DNA of 64,000 nt from Candidatus Brennerbacteria bacterium (GCA_016183535.1 JACPEK010000006.1:38015-102014), one strand, 5' to 3'. Counted from the stretch's first letter, positions 18,819-29,100 are shown. The notes: generated from the letters alone by a model not told the origin. Program-made: numbers and translations.

Positions 18819-19424
18819 TCATCGGGCGTAGAACTGGCTCGCGAGGGAAATCTCAAAAGGAAACTGGTGGTTGTCTTCACTTGGAAGTTTCACGCATGTT
18901 CCCTCCCGTTTCTCGGCGTCGAACGCGAGCCACCCCGGAACCTGATAGGTTTTCATCCGTTCCGCGAAATCCTCGAAAAGCTTGGCGCCGCGAGATTCCG
19001 GCCTGACGCCTATGACGTCGCCCGGCTTCACCATATAGGAGGGAATGGTAACCTTGCGGCCGTTCACGACAATGTGGCCGTGGGAAATGAGCTGACGGCC
19101 GATGCGCGGCGATTTCGCGAACCCAAGCGCGAACGCGACATGGTCAAGACGACGCTCGAGAAGGTTTGCGATCAGAACGGGGGAAGCCGCGGAGAAGTAC
19201 TTTTCCATCTGCCGGTTCGTGAGCCCGAAATATATCCGGATACGCTGTTTTTCCTGCAGTTGGCGTCCGTAATCAGAGAGTGTGCGGCGCGCGTTTTTGT
19301 GGGGCCCGGGCCGCTCCGGACGCCGCACGGTAACGCACTTCGGCGAGCTGCAACGATCGCCCTTCAGAAAGAGCTTGGCGCCCAACGAACGTTCCCTTTT
19401 TTCTTTTGCGTGGATGACTGCCAT
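18819..19424 (-). CDS. rpsD: 30S ribosomal protein S4
   Basis: LFLKGDRC, SDYGRQLQEKQ, LERRLD, RQLISHGH. Confidence 0.96.
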   Translation of the reverse strand: MAVIHAKEKRERSLGAKLFLKGDRCSSPKCVTVRRPERPGPHKNARRTLSDYGRQLQEKQRIRIYFGLTNRQMEKYFSAASPVLIANLLERRLDHVAFALGFAKSPRIGRQLISHGHIVVNGRKVTIPSYMVKPGDVIGVRPESRGAKLFEDFAERMKTYQVPGWLAFDAEKREGTCVKLPSEDNHQFPFEISLASQFYAR

Positions 19425-19444
19425 GAGAATTGAACTAATGATTA

Positions 19445-19897
19445 TTAAACTCTCCTCGTCTTTCTGGGTCGGGGACCGTTGTGAGGAATCGGGGTAATAT
19501 CCTTCACGCTCTCCACAACAAATCCTTTGGCGGCGAGCGTGCGAACCGCCGAATCTCTCCCTTTGCCGATGCCCCGCACGAAAATTTCCACGTTCAGAGG
19601 ACCCGACTTCCTCACTTTTTCCGCAATGGCCTCGGCAACCTTCGACGCCGCGAACGGCGTCGCCTTCTTCGGCCCCGAAAAACCAAGCGATCCCGAGGAC
19701 ATCCACGCAACCACTCCTCCCTTCTCGTCTGTTACGGTGATCATGGTGTTGTTATAAGAAGCATTCACGTAGATGCGCCCGTGAGACAGCCGGGTGGAAA
19801 CCGATTTCGCGGACTCTTTCGCGGCCGTCGCTTCGACCGCCTCGGATTCCTTGACGAGTTCTTCCTGGCTCTTTGCGGCTACTTTTTTCTTTCCCAT
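19445..19897 (-). CDS. rpsK: 30S ribosomal protein S11
   Basis: ASYNNT, KKATPFAA, DITPIPHNG. Confidence 0.98.
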   Translation of the reverse strand: MGKKKVAAKSQEELVKESEAVEATAAKESAKSVSTRLSHGRIYVNASYNNTMITVTDEKGGVVAWMSSGSLGFSGPKKATPFAASKVAEAIAEKVRKSGPLNVEIFVRGIGKGRDSAVRTLAAKGFVVESVKDITPIPHNGPRPRKTRRV

Positions 19898-19914
19898 GCT
19901 GTTTCTATATAAAT

Positions 19915-20298
19915 TTATTTCAGCTCCACCTTCCGCTTTCCGCTCCCCGCGGTTTTCCGCACATTCCCGCGCACCGTGCGGGAATTTGTTTTCGTGCGCT
20001 GGCCTCGAACCGGAAGCTTTTTCATGTGACGGACGCCGCGATATGCCTTTATTTCCTTGAGGCGCGCGACGTTCTGTTTCACCACCTGTCGCAGTTCCCC
20101 CTCCGTCTTCACCGCGTGCGCGATAGCCGACTGGATACGGTTTACCTCTTCGAGCGAGAGGGTTTTTGCCCGCTTGTCCACATCAACGCGCGCCGCCGCG
20201 ACAATTTCCGCGGCGCGAACCCGCCCGATCCCGTAGATGTAAGTAAGGGCGATCATTATCTTCTTTTCGTCGGGAATGTTGACTCCTGAAACTCTCAT
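19915..20298 (-). CDS. rpsM: 30S ribosomal protein S13
   Basis: IYGIG, LPVRGQRTKTNSRT. Confidence 0.98.
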   Translation of the reverse strand: MRVSGVNIPDEKKIMIALTYIYGIGRVRAAEIVAAARVDVDKRAKTLSLEEVNRIQSAIAHAVKTEGELRQVVKQNVARLKEIKAYRGVRHMKKLPVRGQRTKTNSRTVRGNVRKTAGSGKRKVELK

Positions 20299-20349
20299 AA
20301 ATGTTATCTCTCAACGCTTTGCGTTGGGCGAACGGTGCAAGGCACCGTT

Positions 20350-20463
20350 TTAACCTTGCCTCTGTTTGTGTTTCTTATTCTCGCAAATGACCCGCACCCG
20401 ACCCTTGCGGCGGACGACTTTGCATTTCATGCAGATCTTTTTTACCGATGCGCGGACTTTCAT
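20350..20463 (-). CDS. rpmJ: 50S ribosomal protein L36
   Basis: Manual translation [37 protein letters not shown]; below the ORF-track cutoff. Confidence 0.97.
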   Translation of the reverse strand: MKVRASVKKICMKCKVVRRKGRVRVICENKKHKQRQG

Positions 20464-20479
20464 TGTATATGCGAAATGG

Positions 20480-20540
20480 CCACGAATACATAACCACGAA
20501 TTTCACTAATGGATTCGTGTCATTAGTGGCCCTATTCGTG
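20480..20540. repeat. Palindromic short-repeat array (CACGAAT-type x3 / ATTCGTG-type x3)
   Basis: cacgaat, cacgaat, cactaat then attcgtg, attagtg, attcgtg between infA and rpmJ. Confidence 0.75.
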
Positions 20541-20557
20541 AAATAGGTGAAACGATT

Positions 20558-20779
20558 TTACAGTCTCCGCACAATGCGCCCTCGCGTGAGATCGTGGGGG
20601 CTCATTTCCACCACCACGGTGTCGCCCGGAATCACGCGAATGCGATTGATCTTCATCTTACCGCCAAGGTGGGCAAGCACGGGCGCGCCCCCTTCCTTGA
20701 GCGCAACCCGGAACATGAGTCCCGGAAGAGTTTCCTCCACCACGCCTTCGGCTCGTATCGTGCTCGATGTTTCAGGCAT
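20558..20779 (-). CDS. infA: Translation initiation factor IF-1
   Basis: [22 protein letters not shown]. Confidence 0.97.
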   Translation of the reverse strand: MPETSSTIRAEGVVEETLPGLMFRVALKEGGAPVLAHLGGKMKINRIRVIPGDTVVVEMSPHDLTRGRIVRRL

Positions 20780-20852
20780 TCCCTGTGATAGGTGTGCGGT
20801 TCAAATATAAGAAAAACCAAAAGAAGTGTCAATCCCGCCGCTTTCCCGCATT

Positions 20853-22310
20853 CTATTCCACTGTCACTTCTATCTTCGTCTCATCGGTCGGCACCGAGCG
20901 CACGAAAAACGGCGAGAGTGATACTTTGGCGGCCTCCACGCCCGGGACGGCGAGCACCGCCGCCTTAAGGTCCGCTTCGCCTTTCCCCGTGACGCTCGCG
21001 CGGAATGCGTCCGCGTTAAACGGCGCGGTAAAAACTCCCGCACCGTTCACGGGAAATGTGAGCGTCCGTTTCGCGAAATCGGGGGTGCTGGTGCCGACCG
21101 TATAGGAGAAATCCTTCGCGACGAGTTCTTTGGGGAGTGCGCGCGCCGCCGTTGCGACGAGCGCCTCCCGCAACATCGGATCCTCGAACACGATCTGTTC
21201 CATCACCGCCTCGCCGAAGAGATGAAAGGCATGCGGATCCTCCCCGTCCTGCGAAATATTTTCTTCGACAAGCGTTACCCGCCGGCTTCCCGGGAGCGCG
21301 GTGAAGCGATCCGAGAGGATAATGAGGAATTGGCTCTCAAGCGCGCCGGTCAGGGCTTCCATGAGTTTATTCCGCGCGTCCGCAAGTTCCGTCGTTGAAG
21401 GTTTCGCCCGCTCCCCGATAAAACCGCCTTTTATGCCCGATTTCGTTTCGGCGTAGAACCCGTCATAGCGCGGCGTGCTCCTGAAACCGGGGATGCGCCA
21501 TCCCGATGACGCGGGAAGGTTGTAGACCTCGCCCGCTTCCTCCGCCGTCACCGGCGCCTCGACGGACGAGGCGGTGATACGGCCGCCCTCCACTCTCGCG
21601 CCCGGCACCGTCACCTGCCGGTCGAGACGGAATATTTTTTTGTCGGGCGATTCAAACCGCGTGTTGCGCACCAACGTCTGCGGCGCGGAGCCGTACGAGT
21701 TATAGACGATGAGCACGCCGGTCGCTTTTGCCGACACCGTTTCCGTATCCCGCGCGGCGAAGGGAAGCGTGAGATTTGCGCGTGCTTCGAGAGCTTCGCC
21801 GGGTACCACCACCGCGGAGGGCGCGCTCACGGTACCGGGATCCGCGGCCGCGACGACGGTTTCTTTAAACGTCATGGGATATTTTTTCATCGTGAGCGTG
21901 ATCACCGCTTTCGGAAGCGTAAACCATGCGCCGGCCCCCGCCGCGATCAAGATGGCGAGTACCCCGACTCCTACGCGAAGCACGCGACGCCGGCCCCGAT
22001 ACCGTCCCGTGAATCCCGCCCGTCCGACCGGCGAATTTGCCGCTTGTGTCGCTTCCACTCCGGGAGCGGGCCCTCCATCAATCCGCATTTCACGAATCGG
22101 CGGGATAAGAAAAACTGGTTCTTCCTTCGGCTCCGGAGGCGCGCTTCTCTTTGTTTCGATGGGCTCCGATTCCTTCTTTTTTGGCGCTTTCCGCGCCGGC
22201 GAAATTTCCTTCCTTACTTCCCCGTCCAAACTTTGTTTGCTCGCCACGGCCTTGGCGGAGGAAGGACGACGGGGAACAATATCGGAAATCTTTCTTTTTA
22301 ACTCTACCAT
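20853..22310 (-). CDS. Membrane-anchored baseplate-J-like domain protein
   Basis: Disordered N-terminus, one TM, ATG.L.VYN...QTL..NTRF, VTAEEAGEVYN. Confidence 0.6.
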   Translation of the reverse strand: MVELKRKISDIVPRRPSSAKAVASKQSLDGEVRKEISPARKAPKKKESEPIETKRSAPPEPKEEPVFLIPPIREMRIDGGPAPGVEATQAANSPVGRAGFTGRYRGRRRVLRVGVGVLAILIAAGAGAWFTLPKAVITLTMKKYPMTFKETVVAAADPGTVSAPSAVVVPGEALEARANLTLPFAARDTETVSAKATGVLIVYNSYGSAPQTLVRNTRFESPDKKIFRLDRQVTVPGARVEGGRITASSVEAPVTAEEAGEVYNLPASSGWRIPGFRSTPRYDGFYAETKSGIKGGFIGERAKPSTTELADARNKLMEALTGALESQFLIILSDRFTALPGSRRVTLVEENISQDGEDPHAFHLFGEAVMEQIVFEDPMLREALVATAARALPKELVAKDFSYTVGTSTPDFAKRTLTFPVNGAGVFTAPFNADAFRASVTGKGEADLKAAVLAVPGVEAAKVSLSPFFVRSVPTDETKIEVTVE

Positions 22311-22318
22311 AAGAGCCA

Positions 22319-23650
22319 TTATACCCCAGGACGCGGCGTCGCATACCGCGCGCGGGAGGATGCCACGATCGCGTCGCGGTGAGAACCTGCCGGCAGAGGC
22401 AACGCGCGGAGCGTCTCCGCGGAAAACGGATCGTAGGTCTCGCCGTCGATCGTCATTTTGATGTAGAACGAGCCGGTCCCGAGGTTGATCATGTCCTTTG
22501 CCTTGAACACGGGGGTCATTTCTTCCTCCAAGCGAACCGCATCGCCGCCGCTCGCGCGGAACACCACAACACACCCCATCGTGCCGAGAATCGCGGCTTG
22601 AAGGCGAGGAGTGAGTTGTTCGAGATATTGATGGGAAAGCGAAAGGCAGACGCCGTATTTTCGCGCTTCGGAGAGGAGATTCTCGAGTGTCTCCGTGGCG
22701 AGACCCTGAAACTCGTCGAGGTAGACGTAAAAATCTCTCCGCCTCGGATCCGCTCCGTTTGTCCGCATCATGCCGGCTTGCTTCAACTTCGCCACCACAA
22801 GTGCGCCGAGGAAATTCGCGTTGTGCTCCCCGAGATTGCCCCGCGCGAGATTCACCAAAACAATGTGCTCCTGCGCCATAAGCGATTTAAAATCAATCGT
22901 GTTCCTCCCCTGTTCAAACATGTTCCGCACAAGAGGATGGAGCGTGAACTGGCTTAATTTGGTGACAAGCGGAAGCACGGCATCGCCCTCGAAACGTCGG
23001 GACCATTCCGGAAACTCGTCCGCCCAAAAACGCCGCACGAATTCGTCTTGCACTTCTTTCACCACCGCCGCGCGATACGCGCCATCGGTGAGAAGCGACA
23101 CAAATCCTCCCATGGTGGCATGCGGGTAATCGAGGAGCGCAAGACAGGCAAACCGGAAGACGTGTTCAAGGCGGGGCGTCCAGTTCACGCCGAACTGTTT
23201 TTCCATAATCTCGATCAAACTCTGCGCGAACGTATGCGTGAGTTCGCGCGGAACGTCGGCGAGCGGGTTCCAGCCGACGGGAAATGCCGTGTCCGACGGA
23301 TCAATCACACACACCTGCCCGATCCGTTCCTTCGGTATCGAATCGAGGAGCGCGCCCACGAGATCCCCGTGAAAATCGACCGCACAAAACCCGTACCCGT
23401 GGGCGGCATCCTGGCGCGCGAGCAATTCAAAAAACTTCGATTTTCCCGCTCCGCTTTTCCCCACCGCATAGAGGTGGCGGCGGCGGTCAGCACGTTGAAT
23501 GCCAAAAACAAACCGCTTCTCCTCGATACCCGTCACATAGTTCGTGCGGCCGACGAACGAGCACTCCTCGGGGCGCACTTTCCCGAGCACGGGAAGCTCG
23601 GGCGGCGGCGGCGCCGTTTTTACGAATTGAATTCTCTCGGTCGCCGGCAT
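22319..23650 (-). CDS. VirD4/TraG/HerA-like P-loop ATPase
   Basis: GKSGAGKS Walker A, YLDEFQ Walker B, SEARKY. Confidence 0.85.
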   Translation of the reverse strand: MPATERIQFVKTAPPPPELPVLGKVRPEECSFVGRTNYVTGIEEKRFVFGIQRADRRRHLYAVGKSGAGKSKFFELLARQDAAHGYGFCAVDFHGDLVGALLDSIPKERIGQVCVIDPSDTAFPVGWNPLADVPRELTHTFAQSLIEIMEKQFGVNWTPRLEHVFRFACLALLDYPHATMGGFVSLLTDGAYRAAVVKEVQDEFVRRFWADEFPEWSRRFEGDAVLPLVTKLSQFTLHPLVRNMFEQGRNTIDFKSLMAQEHIVLVNLARGNLGEHNANFLGALVVAKLKQAGMMRTNGADPRRRDFYVYLDEFQGLATETLENLLSEARKYGVCLSLSHQYLEQLTPRLQAAILGTMGCVVVFRASGGDAVRLEEEMTPVFKAKDMINLGTGSFYIKMTIDGETYDPFSAETLRALPLPAGSHRDAIVASSRARYATPRPGV

Positions 23651-23659
23651 ATCGTCGCA

Positions 23660-24196
23660 CTAAGAAGGGAGCGCGCCAAGCTCTCGCAAGAAGGACTCAT
23701 AGATTTTGAGCGCTTCTTCGGCGGCGTTCGCGTCAATACCGAAATCCGGCGCGTGGACCAGTTCGTTCCGCATGCGGTGCGCCCGCCACAAACGGTCAAG
23801 CCCAGGATAGTCGGCCGCATCCAGTTGTTCCAAGCGGTCGGCCATGTGCTCGCCCGAAAAACCCATTTGCTTCAAGGCATCGTCCACGCATTTGTCGGCT
23901 TCAATGACGGCGACGGTGTAGGATTGGGGAGGCGCGGCGGCGGCGCGGCCGACAATACGCGCCCACCGCTCGCGAAACGCTTTCTGATCAAGAGAGGGTC
24001 GACGAGAAAGCGCGGCGGCGGCGCGCATAAAAGGAGGGCGAAACTCCGACGCCTTTCTTATAAGCCACACGAGGCCCGCGAGAAGTGCAATATCAAGAAC
24101 GATAAACACGATCCGGACAACGAAAAGTGCGTCCGCCCACGGCGCGTGAACGATAAGTCGCGCGAGATTTTCGAGATTTTTGATAAGCGCGTCCAT
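23660..24196 (-). CDS. Conserved membrane-anchored hypothetical protein
   Basis: One TM; AVIEADK..D..L, W.AHRMRNELVH (RxxxxH). Confidence 0.65.
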   Translation of the reverse strand: MDALIKNLENLARLIVHAPWADALFVVRIVFIVLDIALLAGLVWLIRKASEFRPPFMRAAAALSRRPSLDQKAFRERWARIVGRAAAAPPQSYTVAVIEADKCVDDALKQMGFSGEHMADRLEQLDAADYPGLDRLWRAHRMRNELVHAPDFGIDANAAEEALKIYESFLRELGALPS

Positions 24197-24198
24197 GG

Positions 24199-25587
24199 CT
24201 ACTGAAACTTTTCAATTTCTTCCTCCTCGCCGAAGATGGCGAGGCCCGCGGGCGGCCCTGCGCGCCGGCTTTCGGTGCGCCGGAGGTGCGGCGCCGTCAA
24301 CACCACCGCGGTCGGCGGATGGAACACCGTCGCGATCCCCTTCACCGACATGAAAAACCGTTCCGATTTAAAGTTCGAGTGGTAACGGTGCGAAGTTATG
24401 AATTTCCCCGCCCACGTTTCGGGCGGCACTTCCCGCATCCGGTAATTCCACAGGAGCCGCTCCTGGCGATAGCGGAGACGCGTTTTCGGAAACACATACG
24501 GCTTCACCCACGGATCGGTTTTGGTGGCGGTGGGCTTGTTCGCCTTGAAATTGTTCAGGTCGAGCGCGGTGAATTGGTTGAACGCCCCGAGCGCGCCGCG
24601 CGCCGGCGGCCCCTTCGGCGCGGATTCGGGCATAAAGTGAATAATCCTGACAAGGGTGAGGAACGCCGGTTTCGAAAGGTTTTCTTCCACCGCTTTCAGT
24701 ATGTCGGTGTGGCCCGGAGAACGCGCGACCGTCACTTCCTTACTCCCTCCTTCCTCCTCGACGGCGATAGTGGTCGGAGTCTTGAGTTTTTCGAGAAAAT
24801 CCTTGAATCCGTCTCTCCAGTCGGCCGCCGCGGGCGCGAGAAGCAACTGCACACCCACCGTTTCGTCCTTCGGCACTTTCCCCAACACCTCAAGGAACGT
24901 GGAAATGGGATCGAATTGTTTTTCTTCGGCGATGTTTTCAAACCGATCGTAGGTTCTGATCGGGTAGGCGGCTTCCCGCGCGAGCACCATCTCGGTTCCC
25001 CACACCTTCATGCGACGGTGTGCGAGCTCTTCCTGATTTTTCGGGAGCCCGCCGACGTAGTCCTCCACCTCCCTCACCTCCAAATCGGGGTAGAAAGAAT
25101 AGAGCGCCGCCTCGACCACACCCCGCATGCCGGCGTTCATGCGGATGAAAAATCGCGCCTCACCGCCGAAGCTCACGAGTTCGAGCGCGAAAATTCTCGT
25201 GATTTCCCCGTCGAGATATTTTTCTTTGAACGTGCCCGGCGCATTGCGGAGCGCGTGCACCGCCATGAGCACCTCCTCCATCGCCTGCGGACTCTTTTTC
25301 ACCTCTCGCGGGATGCGAAGTTCGAGCAATACGTATTCCTCTTTCCGCTTGAACCGCTCCTGCCGCACAAACAACCAAAACGATTCGAAGATGCCGAAGA
25401 GAAAGAAAAAAAGGATAAGAGGCCACGCATAGAGGAAAAAATTCCGAAGGATGATCCGGACGGCGTCAAAAAATGCGTAGACGATCCACGCCCCGACGCC
25501 GACGAAAAATAGAAAAACCCACACCTCCTCCTTCCCGAAAAACTCGGCGAGGAATTCTATGACGTGGTTGAAAGTTTCCTTGATCAT
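24199..25587 (-). CDS. Conserved membrane protein linked to the VirD4-like ATPase
   Basis: 2 TM; LLELRIPRE..KSPQAME, YPIRTY. Confidence 0.7.
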   Translation of the reverse strand: MIKETFNHVIEFLAEFFGKEEVWVFLFFVGVGAWIVYAFFDAVRIILRNFFLYAWPLILFFFLFGIFESFWLFVRQERFKRKEEYVLLELRIPREVKKSPQAMEEVLMAVHALRNAPGTFKEKYLDGEITRIFALELVSFGGEARFFIRMNAGMRGVVEAALYSFYPDLEVREVEDYVGGLPKNQEELAHRRMKVWGTEMVLAREAAYPIRTYDRFENIAEEKQFDPISTFLEVLGKVPKDETVGVQLLLAPAAADWRDGFKDFLEKLKTPTTIAVEEEGGSKEVTVARSPGHTDILKAVEENLSKPAFLTLVRIIHFMPESAPKGPPARGALGAFNQFTALDLNNFKANKPTATKTDPWVKPYVFPKTRLRYRQERLLWNYRMREVPPETWAGKFITSHRYHSNFKSERFFMSVKGIATVFHPPTAVVLTAPHLRRTESRRAGPPAGLAIFGEEEEIEKFQ

Positions 25588-25634
25588 TGCAAATCATCTT
25601 CATTGTAGCGCATGCAATCGGCAAAACCCAACGA

Positions 25635-25663
25635 AAAAGCCCCGACGTTTCGTCGGGGCTTTT
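25635..25663 (-). terminator. Rho-independent terminator
   Basis: aaaagccccgacg-ttt-cgtcggggctttt. Confidence 0.8.
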
Positions 25664-25667
25664 CCCG

Positions 25668-26723
25668 CTACGCTTCTTTGACGCGATACCGCCCGTCGTC
25701 AAGCCGCGCGAAATGCTTGCGGTTTTGGAGCGCAAGAAGCACGGTGTTTTCTTTCAAAAACCGCTGTTCGTTCACGAGTCCCAATACGCGCTTTGCGTCC
25801 ATGGGGCCGTTCCGTTTTAAAAGCTTGGCGATCACCTCGCGCACCGTACCAGATTCATAGCCGTGTTCCCCGAGGCCATAGATGCCGCGACCCACAAGGA
25901 CGAACCGCGGATCTTTGATAAGCTCGTTGTGCACGGTCTGCATGTGGGTCGGGTGCGCCGAGAGGCGGTGTTTTGCGATGTGTTTCGCGATGTCGCGGAA
26001 GTGGAGCGGCGTGCCGTGTTTGCGAAGCACGAGGTACGCGCGGTCGCGCACGGTTTTAGGCTCGATCTCCGGCCACTCGCGAAGCCCCACATCGCCGAAC
26101 ACGTTCATGCCGATATGTTTCGGAATCGAGAGCCAGTGACACGCCACCATGTCCTTGCAAAACGCGAGGTGGGCCTTTTCATCGATTACCTTTTTGGTTC
26201 CGGCTTTCTCGAAAAACTCGGTGATTTTCTCGACGAAGTTCAAAAACTTCTTCTCCGTTGCCATACTCGAAACCCAATATGCGTGCATGAGGTCGGTCTC
26301 CGGCACATACCGCGGCTCACCCGCCACGCGGAGAATAAAGCGGATCTTCTCGGGGAGATTTTTCGCGTTCCGGTCATTTTTGAGAAAAGCTTCGCGAAGA
26401 TCCTCAATGAAGCGGTCGTCGCGTCGCGCGCCGCCCACGCTCTCAAGGTGCCGCTTCACGCTTTCAATAAAAAACTTCGCCTGATCCCGCACAAGCGGCG
26501 CGAGTTTTTTCACGGTCTGCGCTTCGATCTGGCGCACCCGTTCGCGCGTGAGATTGAGCTCGTCGCCTATTTCCTGAAGCGTCGCTTTGCTCCCCCCTTT
26601 GAGGGCGTATCTCCCCGCGACAATTCTGCGCGGCTTGGGCGCGAGCGTGGAGAGAACGTTTTCGAGAACCGATTCGATGGATTGCATGATTTTCATCGTA
26701 CCATAGAGAATGAATGGCGTCAA
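25668..26723 (-). CDS. Sigma-70 region 4 plus C-terminal winged-HTH protein
   Basis: TLQEIGDELNLTRERVRQIE; TVHNELIKDPRFVLVGRGIYGL; start uncertain. Confidence 0.8.
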   Translation of the reverse strand: MTPFILYGTMKIMQSIESVLENVLSTLAPKPRRIVAGRYALKGGSKATLQEIGDELNLTRERVRQIEAQTVKKLAPLVRDQAKFFIESVKRHLESVGGARRDDRFIEDLREAFLKNDRNAKNLPEKIRFILRVAGEPRYVPETDLMHAYWVSSMATEKKFLNFVEKITEFFEKAGTKKVIDEKAHLAFCKDMVACHWLSIPKHIGMNVFGDVGLREWPEIEPKTVRDRAYLVLRKHGTPLHFRDIAKHIAKHRLSAHPTHMQTVHNELIKDPRFVLVGRGIYGLGEHGYESGTVREVIAKLLKRNGPMDAKRVLGLVNEQRFLKENTVLLALQNRKHFARLDDGRYRVKEA

Positions 26724-26747
26724 TTACCCTTATCCCCATGCGGCGAG

Positions 26748-27689
26748 TTACGCCCCGCGCGCCCGCCGCCCAAGAAGGTAAAGAAGCGGACTCGCCACGA
26801 AAATGGACGAGTAGGTGCCGACGACGGTGCCGACGAGAATGACGAGTGTGAAGTAAAAAAGCGAGGAGGGGCCGGCGATGATGAGCGCGAAGAGTACCAC
26901 AACCAGCGTGAGCGAGGTGTTCACCGAGCGCGTGAAAGTCTCCCGCACACTCGCGTTGATCACTTCCGCAAAATCCGCTCCGCTTTGCTTGCCCGCCCCG
27001 CCGCTATCGACTCGCCTGCCGGCACGCAGATTGAGAAGATTCTCGCGGATACGATCGAACACCACGATCGTATCATGGACGGAGAAGCCCATCACGACGA
27101 GGAGCGCCACGATGAAGTTGGTATCAATCTCAATTCCTTTCCATGCACCGAGCGCCGCGAGGAGCCCTGTCGGGATTGCAACGTCGTGAAAAAGCGTCGC
27201 GAGCGTTACCGCGCCATATTTCCATGATTTGACCGGCGCCGAAACTTTCCGAAACGCCCACGCAATGTAGAGGGAGATGCCGAGGAGCACGAAGAGCACC
27301 GCGTAGACGGCCTTGCGTCGAAGCTCCGCGCCGACCGTGGAGCCGATGGAGGAGAAATTCAATTCGCTCACCTCGCCAAGCGCGCCGAGCGCCGTTTGAT
27401 AGGCGGCGTGGAGGGGCTCGTCTATCGGGCCGAGACGGATAGTAACGACCCCCTCTTCATTTATGGTTGCGGCGGCTCCCGCCTGCGCGGACGAGTCTGC
27501 GCCGGCGGCTTTCAATATTTCGACAACCGCGGATGCGCTCACATTTTGCGCAAACTTCACCTGCCAGCGCGTGCCGCCCGTGAGATCGGCACCGGGCACA
27601 AGGCCGAAGGCGAGGAGCGCGGCGGCGCTCACCGCGACCAGCGCGCCCGAGAACCCAAGAAAAATATTTTTATATTTGATGAGATTCAT
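26748..27689 (-). CDS. secF: Protein translocase SecF
   Basis: GADLTGG, HDV, DTIVVFDRIRE, GTYSSIFVA. Confidence 0.97.
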   Translation of the reverse strand: MNLIKYKNIFLGFSGALVAVSAAALLAFGLVPGADLTGGTRWQVKFAQNVSASAVVEILKAAGADSSAQAGAAATINEEGVVTIRLGPIDEPLHAAYQTALGALGEVSELNFSSIGSTVGAELRRKAVYAVLFVLLGISLYIAWAFRKVSAPVKSWKYGAVTLATLFHDVAIPTGLLAALGAWKGIEIDTNFIVALLVVMGFSVHDTIVVFDRIRENLLNLRAGRRVDSGGAGKQSGADFAEVINASVRETFTRSVNTSLTLVVVLFALIIAGPSSLFYFTLVILVGTVVGTYSSIFVASPLLYLLGRRARGA

Positions 27690-27698
27690 AATGAACGA

Positions 27699-27760
27699 TA
27701 TTGAATAATTGAAGGATTGAAGGATCTATTATTCAAATTTTCAATATTTCAATTTTCAAT
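27699..27760. repeat. Palindromic short-repeat array (ATTGAA x3 / TTCAA x4)
   Basis: attgaat aattgaag gattgaag ... ttcaaat tttcaat atttcaat tttcaat at the secD-secF junction. Confidence 0.75.
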
Positions 27761-29039
27761 CACGCACGAACGTGCGCATGAGCGTGCGGGTAACGGTAAT
27801 AGCCGAAAACATCGAGACGACGACGCCTATGAAAAGCGCGAGCGCGAACCCCTGAACGAAGCTCGACGTGAAGGTGTAGAGCACCGCGGCGGTAATCATG
27901 GTGGAAATATTGGAATCGCGGATGGAGGTCCAGGCGCGTTTGAATCCTTCTTCGATGGCGTCGACGCGAGCGAGCCCGCGACGCAATTCCTCTTTTGTGC
28001 GCTCGAAGACGAGAATGTTCGCGTCAACCGCCATGCCGATCGAGAGTATGAAGCCGGCGATGCCCGCCAAGGTCATCGTAACCGGCACGAGCTTGAACAC
28101 CGCGAGCGTGAGCGCGACGTACATGAGGAGCGCCACGGCGGCGAACACTCCAAAGCCACGGTAGTAGACCAACATGAAAAGCACGACCGCGAGCGTGCCG
28201 AGCGCGCCGGCGAAAACGGCTTTTGCAAGCGAATCCGCGCCGAAATCGGGACTTATCGTTTCTTGGTGGATGAGAGAGATAGGTGCGGGAAGCGCGCCCG
28301 CGTTAAAGCGTTCCACGAACGCGCGAGCCTCTTCGAGTGTGTAGCTCCCCGTGATCACCGCCGTCCCTCCGGGAATCTTTCCCTGCACGGTCGGGGCTTC
28401 CAAAAGTTCGCCGTCGAGAAAAATACCGAGCGGACGCCCGATATTCGCCTCGGTCAGTCGCTCGAAAAGCGCCGCGCCTTCGTCATTGAACTGCAGATTG
28501 ATCTGCGGCGTACGCACGCCCGCGGCGGCGAAACCAACCTGCGCCGCTTTCACGTAGCGGCCGTTCAAGGGCGTTGCCACGAACGCCGCGGTGGTCGTGC
28601 CATTTCCCGCGCCCGAAGGACCGACGTCGTCCGGTCGGGCGGGTTCCGTTTCTTTCAACTCGCGGAATTCGAGGAACGGGGTTGCGCCGATCTCCCGCGC
28701 CGCCGCGCCGACGTCTTTCGCGCCCGCAAGCTCCACCACGAGCCGGTCTTCTCCTCCCGCGCGCGCGAGATACACGCGCGGTTCCTGCACGCCGAAAAGA
28801 TTGACCCGCCGCTCAATCACGTCCCGCAGGCCCTCGACCACCGACGCGCGATCCGGCGCGCTCACATTCGACAGGTCAATCGCGTACGTAAGCACGGTGC
28901 CGCCCGAAAGATCGAGCCCAAGCGCCCACGGACGGAATCCGCTCACCTTGTTCCAGAGCGGCTCATACGAAAAAATCCCCGCGAGAACCGAGAGTACGAT
29001 GAGAAGCGCCAAAACGCCTATGAGTCGCGGTCGTGCCAT
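27756..29039 (-). CDS. secD: Protein translocase SecD
   Basis: LGLDLSGG, IGMAVDANILVFER. Confidence 0.97.
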   Translation of the reverse strand: MARPRLIGVLALLIVLSVLAGIFSYEPLWNKVSGFRPWALGLDLSGGTVLTYAIDLSNVSAPDRASVVEGLRDVIERRVNLFGVQEPRVYLARAGGEDRLVVELAGAKDVGAAAREIGATPFLEFRELKETEPARPDDVGPSGAGNGTTTAAFVATPLNGRYVKAAQVGFAAAGVRTPQINLQFNDEGAALFERLTEANIGRPLGIFLDGELLEAPTVQGKIPGGTAVITGSYTLEEARAFVERFNAGALPAPISLIHQETISPDFGADSLAKAVFAGALGTLAVVLFMLVYYRGFGVFAAVALLMYVALTLAVFKLVPVTMTLAGIAGFILSIGMAVDANILVFERTKEELRRGLARVDAIEEGFKRAWTSIRDSNISTMITAAVLYTFTSSFVQGFALALFIGVVVSMFSAITVTRTLMRTFVRD

Positions 29040-29100
29040 GAGGAAATGGAAAGCGACTTCAGTGTACTCAAAACATTCCCCTTGCACAACCAATGAAAAC

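Noticed and set aside
22319-23650. Conjugative element
   Set aside because: No relaxase, VirB genes or att sites; embedded among core genes
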